The notes under the pieces are model-generated. The model was given only the letters and a program-made list of their open reading frames with translations. It was not told the DNA's origin and did no database searches. DNA of 64,000 nucleotides from NCBI GenBank assembly GCA_030704615.1, contig CM060731.1, forward strand, positions 17,856,001-17,920,000, written 5' to 3'. Position 1 is the stretch's first letter; each line of letters opens with the position of its first letter. Both the position numbers and the translations under genes were made by a program. Source of the stretch: Takakia lepidozioides. Taxonomy: Eukaryota; Plantae; Bryophyta. Positions 36,633 to 48,635 of this stretch are shown here, piece by piece.

Positions 36633-39452
36633 AAGGTGGTCTGGAGTGCCTGCACCTATGATCTCCAGCCAGGGATACCTTCACCTCATTTGTTACTACT
36701 CATGGACAGCCAAATCAGGCCTTGAAGTTCAAGCCAATAATCACACCGGAGTGCAGCAGCTGAATCACAACAAACTTGAGGGCCTAGGAAAGAGAAGAGC
36801 TGGAACACAACAAGGAACTTCCACCAAACCATCCAAATGCTCTCTAAGCGATAAATCCACCACACATGCTAACACATGAATAAATCAACCAAGATCATCA
36901 AGGCTAGACCAGCCCCAAGCAGCCAATATGCCATCCAAATCCAAGGTCAAGAGGTGCTGATCTCCACAAAAGAGGTTGAGAAGCAGAGCTGGATCAAGAG
37001 GAGGGGCTGCATCAGTAGCAGCAAGGTCATCCAAGGTGAGCATAGGTCTGCTGACAGGAGGATCAACCCTCGTGAGTCCATTAGCATTTGTGTTTTCTTT
37101 TCCTTTCTTATAGACTATATCCATGTTAACATAGCCCATCTAGCAAGTCTGCCATGAAGTTCCTTGGGCTTGACAAGTGCCTTGAGTGGAAGGTGATCAG
37201 TCTCCACCACAAACCGGCTGCCATGTAAATATTGTCTAAAATGCTTCACACCAAAGACCAGGGCCAAACCCTCCTTATCAGATATGGAATAATTCATTTC
37301 ATGACGATCTAGGCGGCAAGATGCATAAGCTATTACATGCTCCTTACCTTCTACAATTTGATATAAGATTGCAGAAATAACAACATCTGATACATCAGTC
37401 TGAAGCAGAAAATGTAATTCAAAGTTGAGAAACATCAGGATAGGAGCTGAACATAAGGCCTTGCAAAGAGTGTCAAAGGCAGCTTGCTAGGAGAAGCTCC
37501 ATTCAAACCTGGCATCCTTGCACAATACCTTGATCAGAGGGTGAGCAAGTTTTGCAAAGTTCTTTATGAAGCGCCTGAAATAGGAGGCCAGACTAAGGAA
37601 GGATTTGATGCAGTGTTTGTCCCTGGGAATATGAAAGCCCCAAATAGACTCAAGCTTGGCAGGATCAGGAACACAAACCATCCTTGGACAGAATATGCCC
37701 AAGAAAGTGTAACTCAGGCATAAGCAGCTCATACTTTTTGGGCTTCACTTTGAGTCCTACAATTCGTAATTTGCTGAAAACACGTTGCAGATCAATCAAG
37801 TGTGCATCAAAGTTGGCTGAGTATACATTGATATCATCAACATAAATCAAGGCACAATTCCCAGCGAAGATTACCTAAGACAATGTCCATGAGGCGTTGG
37901 AAAGTAGAGGTAGCATTGCACAAGCCAAATGGCATGGTTTCGTATTGGTACTTGGCCATGCGACACACAAATGAAGTCTTTTCCTTGGCTGCTTCAGTGA
38001 GAGGAACTTGCCAAAAACCAAATGCAAGATCAAGAGAGAAGAAAATGGCAGCACCATGCAATTGATCTAAGGTTTCATTGATCCTGGGTAGAGGGTAGGC
38101 ATCCTTCTTGGTGATGTCATTCAGTTTCTTGAAGTCAACACAAAAGCGAGTAGTGCCATCTTTCTTACCAACCAGGACAATGGGACTGGCCCAAGGAGAG
38201 ACTGATGGCTTAATCACACCAGCATCTAGCATTTTCTAGACTTCTTCCTGGACTATGGCACGCTCTTTAACACTTTCTCGGTACGCAAATTGCGTAATAG
38301 GAGGCCCCTCAGTGACAATGTCATGTTGAAGGATGGGAGTACGCCACAGATCAGTAGATCCCAAGCTGAAAATATCTAGATTTTTTGCAACAAGCATTTC
38401 TACTCTTTTCTTTTGGCCAGGGGAGAGGGTACTGCCTAATGTAAGTTCAGACAACACTTTGGTGAGAGCCTTCTTACCTTCAGGACTGAGATCAGGAATA
38501 GGTGATGGTGCTATTGCAACAAAGATAGCAACAGCATCCACAGGGCCGTGTTGAATGCCAATGGCCTCTAGCCCAAAGCCAGCTTGCACTTCTTGTATTT
38601 CAGCAATGGGTAAGGCAGTGATACGAGCTAGGACCTGCCCCTTCTTAATAGTCACAAGAAAGCGCTCTAGATTAGCAATTAACACTTTGACCTCCTGCCT
38701 ATATCCTCTATCTATACCACCAGTAGCCACCAGGCAATGCTTGAGAGCAGTGAGTCTTCGCCAACCTTCTACTTCCAGGAAATGAGTAGTTGGGCATAAA
38801 AAGGCTAGACCAGATTTGATCACTTTCTGGGTCATAGCAGGGATGGTGACGTTCATGGGTGCACGAATCAGAGTAGAATTTTTTGGGATAGCTATAGGCA
38901 CCTGTGTTCTACCATCAGCACTAGGAACATGCCATTGATATAGGAATTGAAGATCAGGCTGGAATTTGTCAAAATCATTCCAATTGAGTCTGAAGTGAGA
39001 GTTCTGTTGTACCTCTTTCACCATTGCCTGAACTCTGGATAGATTGGCGTGGCAGATCCAGCTCTAAGTTTCACTGCTTTCAAAGGAACAACGACCTCAT
39101 GGCCCTCTCCATTGTCAAATCGGAGGGAGTAATCAGCCAGACTGATGGTTGCACCAGCTCCAGTTATCCAATCAAGGCCTAGCAAGAATTGATCGCCTAT
39201 AGTGACTATACATGTAACCACAACCTCATTTTTGTGAATCTTGATGGGCTCAGTAACCAAACCTAGAGGCTCATATCTGGACCTATCCGCAATTACTACT
39301 TCAACACCAGAGGCAAGGCATAACTTAAGACCAAGAACTCTCACAACATTTAGAGGTATAGCAGATATGGTGCACCCCGTGTCTATTACACAAGGGAAAC
39401 TTAACTCGTGAATATGGCATTGGGCCATAAGAGGGCTGTAGCAAAAATTAAT
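36633..39452 (-). pseudogene. Family A pol: protease, dUTPase-like domain, RT, RNase H (inverted segment)
   Basis: CVIDTGCTISAI...FLLGLDWI (PR); SGLAF...ALKH...GGIDRGYRQEVKVLIAN...IKKGQVLARI (dUTPase-like, 38605-38892); SPWASPIVLV..KDGTTRFCVDF, MPFGLCNA, YVDD (RT); LQTDVSD, DKEGLAL, ETDH (RH). Confidence 0.9.
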
Positions 39453-40029
39453 CTTAAGATGGCAGACTTAGCTGACAACAAATCAATGCAAACTCATGCC
39501 AAGTTTCAAGCTCCAGTGGGCTCTGAGCTTGGCATGGCTGCAACATCTTCACCCTATGTCTTGCCCGCTATGCAATGCAAGCCAAATAATTTCACTCTTC
39601 AAGGGCTAGCCAACATAGTGGGTAGTTTAAGTGAGTTAGTTGTCACTCAGTTCGCTGCCATGCAAGCTCATTAGCCACGTTGGCAGCCTAGACAGACACC
39701 AGCACAGACAGGTGATAACAATAGAGGTCGTACCCAAACTGGTCAGGCTTATGAGGGCAACCGTGCTGCATGTTAAATATGCGGGTCTTTTGAACATTGG
39801 TCCTGGACCAAGCATTGCCCTGATAGAGCAAGCTTACCAGAGCTGCTTAAAAACAAAAATGATGCCAGTGGTTCCAACCCTCCTTTAAACTAGACAGACC
39901 TCTTGGGAAGGGGGCAAGAGGTCCACCAGTCACCAACCCTACCTCTCTCATTCCTTTGCAAGCTGTGTTATCTACTAATTTCAAAGCTTTGCATTGTCCT
40001 CTAAGCAGGCAGACCTCAGGGCAGCAGAT
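39453..40029 (+). pseudogene. Family A gag C-terminus with zinc knuckle, -1 frameshift site and start of pol (displaced segment)
   Basis: C*ICGSFEHWSWTKHC knuckle; gag ends CCT TTA AAC TAG; the -1 frame is open (KLDRPLGKG...SGQQI) and joins in frame to the protease segment. Confidence 0.85.
39884..39943 (+). promoter_or_regulatory. Programmed -1 ribosomal frameshift signal
   Basis: In-phase T TTA AAC (39884-39890), 6-nt spacer, perfect 9-bp stem GACCTCTTG/CAAGAGGTC (39897-39905 and 39915-39923); loop GGAAGGG can pair 6/7 with CCCTACC (39937-39943). Confidence 0.8.
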
Positions 40030-43000
40030 CGAAGGGAGGGCCCTCATACGCCAAGACGACACTCGGTGCTCCGAAAGGAAAATCAGGTGCGACGCCTTAT
40101 GGCGGACAAAAGACAACCTTCGATGGAGTGTGCTTCAATTGTGGGGAGCCTGGGCACATGGCTAAGAAGTGTACGAATCCCCGACAATTGAACATGACTC
40201 GGGCAACCACGGAGTTGTCTGAAGCTTCCATCAGCTGCTTGGTGGAGGCAGTGGTCGCCAAGACTTGCAAGGTAGGCAATCACGCTTGTGAGTTGTATCA
40301 GGAAACTGGCGCCTTGCAAAAGGGAGTCAGTTAATGTTTGTGAGTGGGATAATCTCCGGAACTAACGTGTCGTTGTTGGTGGACATAGGAGCGTCGCACT
40401 CCTTCATGACACCGGCAACGACACAGAAGCTGGGACTCCCGACAAGTGATGTGGGGGCCTCTATTGAGGTGCGTTCTGTTAAGGGAGAACCACAATTGGC
40501 GACAAGGTTGGCATTCGATGTTCCTCTTCAGCTCGGGAGTTGGGAGGGACGTGAGAACTTCACCATTTGCGAGATCGATGGAATGGATCTCATTTTGGGG
40601 ATGACCTTTTTGAGCAGATCCGGAGCGATCATAGATGGCCGCAAGAGAATAGTCACGCTACCGTGTGGGAATGGTGGTGAAGTTTTAAGAGTGTCGGAAA
40701 CGCCCAACATAAACATGTTGTCAGCAAAGGAGTGGGCCGTGGAGGAGTCACACAAGCCCCAATTTTTGCTTTATGTAAGACAAGTGAAGGGATAAGACGA
40801 TGGGGAGCCGAGCCTAGATTGGATCAAGGGGATTTTGGAAAAATACCAGGATGTGATGCCGGAGGATTTACCAAGCGGCTTGCCACCGCGAAGGGGAGTT
40901 GACCACAAGATTGAGGTGATACCGGGATCGGAGCCGCCTGCCAAGGCGCCCTACCGGTTGAGCCACAGAGAGTTGGTCGAGCTGAAGACTCAGCTAAAGG
41001 ATCTAATGTCAAAGGGGTACATCCGGCCGAGTAAGTCACCTTACGGAGCCCCGGTGCTATTCGCAGAAAAGAAAGATGTGACGCTGCGGATGTGTGTCGA
41101 TTACAGGGCCCTGATTAAGGTGACTATCAAGAACTGGTACCCTTTGCCAAGGATCGACGACCTCTTCGATTGGTTGGCAGGAGCGAAGTATTTCAGCTGG
41201 ATCGATTTGCGTTCCGGGTATCATCAGATCCGAGTGGCGGAAGGAGATGAGGAAAAGACCGCGTGCAGGACAAGATATGGTTCGTATGAGTTCTTGGTGA
41301 TGCCTTTTGGGCTCACCAACGCACCCGCGACCTTTAGCACGCTAATGAACAGCCTTTTCCAGGAGTGGTTGGATGACTTTGTGATCGTATACATCGACGA
41401 CATACTAGTGTACTCGAAAACAAAGGAAGAGCACCTGAAGCACCTCAAAAGGGTGTTCCAGAAATTGCGGGAAGGGAAGCTGTATGCCAAAGCTTCAAAG
41501 TGAGAATTCGGGGTCACAAAAGTGGAGTTCCTAGGGCATGTGATTACATAGGATGGGATCAAAATGGATGATAGAAAGGTGAGGGCGATCTTGGACTGGG
41601 AACCTCCGACTTCGGTCCCGGAAGTGCGATCCTTCCTAGGACTCGCCTCCTATTACCGAAAGTATGTGAGAAATTTTGCCAAGATCGTGGGGCCGCTGTC
41701 AGACCTTCTGTATAAATCCGAAGTCTGGGTATGGAACACCTTTTGTGGTCAAGCTTTTGCCGAGTTGAAGCAGCGGATGGCAGAAGCTTCAGTCCTCAAA
41801 ATCCCGGAGTTCGACCGGCCATTTGAGATTCATACGGATGCGTCGGACTTCGCTATAGGGGGTGTACTCATGCAGGATGAACGTCCAATGACTTACGAAA
41901 GTAAGAAACTGAATGAAGTAGAGCGACGGTGGCCTACACATGAGAAGTAAATGAAGGCGGTGGTGCATTGCCTTGAGCTTTGGCGCCACTATGTTGGTTC
42001 CAACCTGGTGAAGGTGTTCACGGACAATGTCACGGTGAAGTATTTTGCCACGCAGCATAAGTTGTCCCCAAAACAACTTAGGTGGCAAGATACTTTGGCG
42101 GTCTTCGACGTGGATATCCAGTACAAACCGGGACGAGACAATGTGGTGGCCGATGCTTTAAGTAGAAAACAACACCTTTTGTTGGTGTACAGGGGCGAGA
42201 CGACGCTCCAAAGGAAGATCTGGAAGGCTTACCGAAAGGATGAGATGGCGAAGTCCGTGATGCGGGACTTGAGGATGGGGGTTAAATCGCCACTTGAAAA
42301 ATGGACTGCTCCGGTATAAGCAAAAACGTCTCTACGTGTTGAAGGGAGGGATCAGAGATAGTCTCTTGAGAGAATGCCATGATGGCCCGCTTGCGGGCCA
42401 CGGCGGAGCCAAGTGCACCGCGACACTCTTGAAGAAAGAGTATTTCTGGCCCAAACTGAGGGAGGAGGCCGAGGAGTATGTCAAGACATGCACCACATGC
42501 CAACAAAACCGGAGCGAGTACAAAAAGGCAAGCAGGGCTGTTACAACCCTTGCCGATTCCAAAGGGGTCTTGGGAAAGTGTCTTGATGGATTTCATGCCT
42601 GCTATGCCGCTGTCAAAAGGATTCGATGCAATCATGGTGGTGGTGGATAGGTTCAGTAAAATGGGCCATCTCATCCCCACCAAGGAGACGACAACGGCAC
42701 AGGAGACGGGGCGACTTTACTTCGCCTACGTCTTCAAGCATCATGGACTCCCGAATGATATTGTCTTGGACCGCGATCCAAAGTTTACGAGTAAATTTTG
42801 GAGGGCACTTTGGAAGAAGATGGGGACGAGGCTCAAGATGAGCACCGCCTTCCGACCTACGACGGACGGCCAAACGGAAAGGGTGAATTCCGTGGTGAAG
42901 CAGATCTTGCGGAATTACGTGTCAGCGGACCAATCGGACTGGGTAGAGCACTTGGACGCGACAGAGTTCTGTTATAATAACACAAAACACTCTGCAACGG

Positions 43001-45272
43001 GTATTTCCCCTTTCGTATTGGTCTATGGAAAAACACCTCTAGTGCCGACAAGTTGGGCTGCCCAAGACGTTGAGGAACCGGCAGTAGCAGCGGTGTTGGA
43101 GGAACGTGAGCGCTTGTTGAAGCTTGCAAAGTACAACATCGCTAAAGCTAGGAAACGGTATGAATGGCAGGCAAATCGGAAGCGGAGGGAAGTCAAGTTT
43201 GAGGCAGGCACGGAGGTCTGGTTGAACATCAAGAATTTTCGACTACCTCTGGAAGTGAGTCCGAAATTCGTACCTCCGTATGCGGGACCCTTTCGCATCC
43301 GGAAGGTTATGAATGAGGATGTGTATGAATTGGAGCTACCGGCAAACAACAAGGTGCACCCGATATTCCACGTCTCCCTTTTGAAGCCTTACTTCGAAGA
43401 TGAAACGTGTCCGAATCGGCATCAAGTGTTGCGTCCGCTACCTGTGCTGTTGGATCATGAAAATGAACCTGAGTACGAGGTGGAGGCGGTGCTTAAGTTG
43501 AGGCGGTTCAAGAATCAAGAAACGGAGTATCTCGTGAAATGGAAGGGCTATCATCATGTGGAGGCATCTTGGGTGCGTGCCTTAGAAATGGGAAACCTAT
43601 CTGAGGAGGTTGCAGTTTTCGAAGGGTGACCTCAAAAGCGGAAGAAGCGTTGATGGGGACATCAACCTTGGAGCGTGGGGAAGGAAATGCATGCTTAGCC
43701 TGGCTTAGCTAGCTCAGGAATCCGATTGCAAAAACTTATGTTGTACAAATTTTGTTATAAATGAAATGATTTCCAAATGTTGCGCCTCCTATTTTGTTTG
43801 GAATGGTGATGCATGGTATGGTTGGCTAGTGTGTAGAATGCATGCTAACTTACAAAAGTGGGAGAAGTAAATTGGATTAATCGTGTGTTTGCGCAGTGCT
43901 GAAATCAGGTGACTCCCATCCGAGGGCAAGGAAACTTGCGCCTTCTTTGGGAGTTCACGTGCTAGTGCGCACCTGGCGCGTGCGCGTACTATAACTGCGC
44001 TATCGAGGGGGTTGCCTTGTAGTGCGGGCTAATGCAGAAGCTACGTGCTTCCGTTCACGTACTATAATCGTGTAGCCTCGAGATGAAGTCGTAGTGCGGC
44101 TTCGGCGTGTTCCCGTACCTCAGGCCAGCATTCCAAGGCGGACCCAATTATAGTGATTGGGGCGCACGGTTGGTTCAAGGTTATCTTCCTAGTAAAAAAA
44201 GGTTCAAGGTGAACCCTTGCTCAAGGTGATGCCAAAAGCGGCATCACGAGCGGTCACAAGCAATGTTGTTGCAGTAAGGCGATTCGATCCTTGAGGAGGA
44301 TCGTTCCTTGGCCTTGAAGTGGGCCAAGAAGAGTGCACTGGGAGAAGCTTGAGAGGCTCCACCCTTGGCCGGAACTTGGAGGAAGTCGGCCGAACTAGCT
44401 AGTGGAGAGTAGAGTCAAAGTGTGGGGTTTGGTTCTTTGCCATGGGACGCCATGGTGCGGAAACAAATACCTTGATGTGGGACGCCACAACTTGGATGTT
44501 CGTTTCTACAAAATGGACAAGTCGATGAGGACATCGACTCCCTGTTGGTAGGGGTGTGTGTCGCGGCCCTTTGCCTTGAGGGCAGGGGGTCGGGACACAA
44601 GAGGGGCTGCCCTTGTGGTGGGGGCGGTGGCAACAATAGATGCGGGGGCTGAAGCACTCAAGGCACTCAAGGAGGCGGAGGCGCTCACTAGGTGGAGCCC
44701 CGCACATCGGGTTGCGGTGGGGGTGGTTCCACGAGGGGTGGTGGTAGCTTAGTGGGACTTAGTGGGGGTGGCATAGGACTCACCATGGGGCGGAGACCTT
44801 GTGGTGGGAGTTGTGGGGAGTCTTGGGACTCATCACGGTCCAATGGGGCCATGGTGGGTGGGCCAAGACTCACCGCGATTCATCACCGGGAATCGAGGGT
44901 CTTCGTGGTGGTTCGCCATAAAAAGATGGTGTTGTTTGTGGAACCCCCGCGGACAGTCACAGAAGTATATATAGGGAGTAGTAACCCCGAGAACGGTGCA
45001 AGCCCGTTGGTGACCAAAAACTAGTGAGTAAGCAAGCGAGCTGGAAAGCGACCAAGGAGTGGGGGGCTATTCCGGACTGCCATCTACCCAAGGGAATTTC
45101 CACTAGGCCAAATTGGTGGAGGGTCTGTTGGGGGAAGAAAGGGGGACCGTTATGTCCCGGTGAGCAGCCGAAGCTCCGAGTTGGCCCGGCGGCCAGGTTG
45201 GGAGTTAGGAGCGCGCATCAAAGCGAGTAACTGTGACTTGAAGTGGAGCTTACCGAAGCGAGGTGTGCGACA
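40028..45272 (+). mobile_element. Remainder of the older chromovirus B2: decayed gag end, pol, chromodomain, 3' UTR and 3' LTR (44559-45272)
   Basis: Collinear with B1 but with stops and frameshifts; LTR TGTCGCGG...TGCGACA followed by TSD ACCTT. Confidence 0.95.
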
Positions 45273-45277
45273 ACCTT

Positions 45278-46093
45278 CTCTAAAGCCCATTGTCTACTTC
45301 TTATGTGCAATGCAGTCATGGATGATCAGCTACATGTTGCGCTACTCCAGCGATGCCAATCAGGGCGTTCGCCAGCTGACCTTTCTGAGTCCTTGCGCAA
45401 ACAAATTCTTTATCATGTGTCTACTCACTGTTTCATGGGTGATAAACTTTTCAAGGAGCTCACTAGAGGGGGAGTGCCATGCTATTTGGAGGTGCTACCA
45501 CGGAGCCAGCTGAATGCTTTATTGGAGCGTTTTCATTGTTCATTATATACAGGTCACCTTGGTATCAAGAAAACCATGGCCCGCATCCAAGAGGCTTACT
45601 ATTGGCTGGGAATTCACCGGGATGTTACGGAGTTCATCTCTAAGTGTGAAGGTTGTCGTGCTAACATTGCTCTCCCTAGGCCCGGATTTTGTATGAGCTG
45701 TAGCCTTTGCCTGTTACACTTGCTTTTGCTCGTGTTGGCATTGATTTGGTAGGACCCCTCGGACTCTCACATTAAAGGGTCCACTACTACGTTTAGGGGG
45801 GGTTAGCGACGCCAGGACCCCGGGCGCGCTGGACGCGCCGACCCCCCTGTGACTGCAGTGTCGCATAGGCGTCCGGCTCGGGACTTGCGACGTCAGGGCG
45901 TTGTAACGCCGACGCTGGGACGACGTTGTGGCATCTTGCGATGTCATGCCGTCACCGGAAAGGGGCCTGACCCCATTCCCCCGCCAACACACTGGGGGGG
46001 GGGTTGCGACGCCGTGGAATTGTAGCGTCGCAGCTCAGCGACGCTTTTGCGATGGCCGGGCGCTCCTGCGACGGCGGGGAATCGCAATGCCCG

Positions 46094-46125
<32 letters not shown>

Positions 46126-46775
46126 ACGTTTTTTTTTTTGCGATTCCCCGCCGTCGCAGGAGTGCCCGGCCGTCGCTGGGGCTATGGCGCTGCGATTCCC
46201 CGGCGTCCTGGGGGCGTCGCAGAAAATTGATTCTGAGAGTAGATTGTAGAGCATAATGGGCTTGGCATCCTCAGACTATAGTCATTGTCCAACAATAAGT
46301 TGCAATGCAGCTTTGCAAAACTTAAGCCATTGATAGAGTTCTTGAAGAACTCTGGGGACAAGTCTCGGTGCAAGTTATAGCTGTGAGAGCTCATGTAGAG
46401 TACGTATAATCTACAACACAATGATAGGATTGAGATAGTGGTAGTCACTAGGAGCTAACTCTTGATATGTATATATATACTTGGATTGCTTTTGTGATAC
46501 ATAAATGTATTGTAGATTTGTTGATTAGTGTGCAGTGTCTTAGAAATGTTATAATGTGGAGGTCATAGGTTCAAATATGCATTATCTTATATATGTAGAA
46601 CAATGCATGAACTGCCATTGGACAAAACTGGAGTCAATGGTCAACTAGTTTTTGAGATTCAAAATTCAAATTCAAATTGAAATTCAAATTTTCCCACCTA
46701 AATTCAAATGTACTCATCTACTGTGATGTCTGGGGGTCGCATTTACGACCCCTAGACGTCCCTAATGCGACGTTG

Positions 46776-46818
<43 letters not shown>

Positions 46819-47888
46819 CGCGATGCCCGGACGTCGCAAGTCGCGCTGGCGCCGCGGCCGGGGGTCTGCGATTCCCCGACGACGCTAATTAGCGACGTTT
46901 CGGGAGCGACGTCGCTGCGACGTCTCTGTGACTTCCCGACGTCGCAAAATGCCCCGGGCGCGCTCCGGGCGCCGTAGAGTATTTCCGTCGTTAATCGCGG
47001 CGGTTGGAGGTCGTTGGGGCATCGCTAACCCCCTCCAAACGTAGCAGTGGTCGAAGCTATCTTTGTGTAGCTACCGACTACTTGACTAAGTGGGTAGAAG
47101 TCTGGCCTTTGCGTACCAAGACTAGTGATGTTGTAGCTCAGTTCTTCTTCAATGAGATCCTTATGCGACATGGGTATCCTCGAGAGATACTAACGGATCA
47201 GGGCAAGGAGTTTTGTAACCAGCTCCTCACGGTGGTGTGCTTCAACTTTGGTGTCAAGCATTCCATCACAGCCCCATACCATCCCCAGACCAATGGCCTT
47301 ATGGAACGCTTCAACCAAACTCTTTGCCGAATGTTGGAGAAGAATGACGCACTTATCAGGGAGTGAGATACTTTTCTTCCCCCTATTCTCTTTGCTTATC
47401 GCACCGCCATGCATGCTAGCACCAAGAAGACTCATTTTGAGTTGTTGTATGGTCGCAAGTGTATTTCTTATTTGCATTCTACCCCTTTTATCTCTACTGT
47501 TGCTGATCCGGTTGATCTTGATACCTTCGTTGATGATCTTCATGCTCGGCATGCGGTGTCTATCCATGATGCCAAGACGAACATTGTTAAGGCTCAGCTA
47601 ACCCAGGCCCGCAATTTTAACAAGCATGTCAAGTATTCTAACCTATTTCAGATGGGACAGACTGTGTGCGTTTGATTACAGCATGATAAACATGCATGCA
47701 AATCCAAGCTAAAGATCGACGGTCCATACTTGATCTATCAGATTTTACGTGGGCGACGTGTTCTCCTTCTTCCACAGGGGTCCAATACCGAAGTGCGGGA
47801 TGAACCGGTTGTTTTGATAGATCTGGTACATTCCGAGCTAGTCTTTGATCTCACGTGCATCAATGTGGAGGGACGAACGGTTGGGTGA
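45278..47888 (+). pseudogene. Family A integrase, split by a CACTA element
   Basis: FH...TGHLG..CEGC; VGIDLVGP; ATDYLTKWVE; LTDQGKEF; YHPQTNGLMERFN; KIDGPY; FDLTCINVE. Confidence 0.9.
45782..47049. mobile_element. Non-autonomous CACTA (En/Spm) element, 1268 bp
   Basis: TIRs CACTACTACGTTTAGGGGGGGTTAGCGA and TCGCTAACCCCCTCCAAACGTAGCAGTG; 3-bp TSD GTC (45779-45781 and 47050-47052); dense subterminal GCGACG/CGTCGC repeats; no transposase. Confidence 0.93.
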
Positions 47889-48124
47889 TGTCTTGATCTT
47901 CTTAGCCGATCTACTTCAGCTTGATCCTCTTGTCTTCAACGGATTGTGTCTTTCATGGCCTTATGGCTTGCCCATTCTAGGACTTAAAACATTTGTAGTC
48001 TTATGATATATCACCACCTGTACTCCCTGCACGGTTTTCTTAGCCAAGGGTTTTGTCCTCGGCCCAATTTGCAGGTGCAAGGTTTTTCCCTTGGTAGGTT
48101 TTTCACCCTGCAGTGGATGGTGAT

Positions 48125-48635
48125 TGTATAAATTTTTTTACTTATTTTCTTATATTTTACTTCGCAGAGCTCAGGATCGTGGGGCCAGATCTCTCCTCAT
48201 CTAGAAATCTCCTTATTCATCCAAAGCGGCGATACTCATTCGTAGTATGTTTCTTTGGCGTAAGTACCGTTAAAAGCTGTTACAATCATACCCTAGCCAG
48301 GGTTAGTTATGGTTTGTGGCTGCATCTTGGCCGTTCAATAGATCTAGGGATATGATGAGGCGCCGCTGGCTCAGCCTGTCACGCCTCGCCACGCAGCGTG
48401 AAGGCATGCAGCTAGGGTTTGTATAAAGCGGCGGCCCGACCTTGTGTCAGACAGCTCATGTACTCTGGTGTATGTAGATGTGTAAAGCTGTCTAATTGCG
48501 ATACGTGTGTATGATTTTCTGTCAGTTCGCTTGTTGAGATCCTCCTCTCGCGTGCATGCACGCTCCTCTTGCTTTGCCCCTATTATTTTGAAGAACACTT
48601 GAGAGGATAGGCAAATATTCCTCCTGCTTCTTTTA
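48125..48635 (+). repeat. 3' LTR of family A copy 2
   Basis: Matches the 5' LTR from 48183; candidate start TGTATA after AGTGGATGGTGAT; followed by AGGCT. Confidence 0.8.

Larger units (their letters stand above)
24577..48635 (+). mobile_element. Full-length but decayed, nested and rearranged Ty3/Gypsy element, family A copy 2
   Basis: Direct repeats of ~450 bp (24620-25072 and 48183-48635), candidate TSD AGGCT (24572-24576 and 48636-48640), PBS at 25073, and all gag-pol domains recoverable inside. Confidence 0.85.

Noticed and set aside
39847-40027. Simple two-breakpoint inversion with gag A continuing on the minus strand
   Set aside because: The minus frame has several stops, while the plus strand holds the zinc knuckle, slippery site and open pol frame; three breakpoints fit better.
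45928-46977. Poly-Lys and poly-Phe ORFs
   Set aside because: Translations of A/T homopolymer tracts in the CACTA subterminal region.
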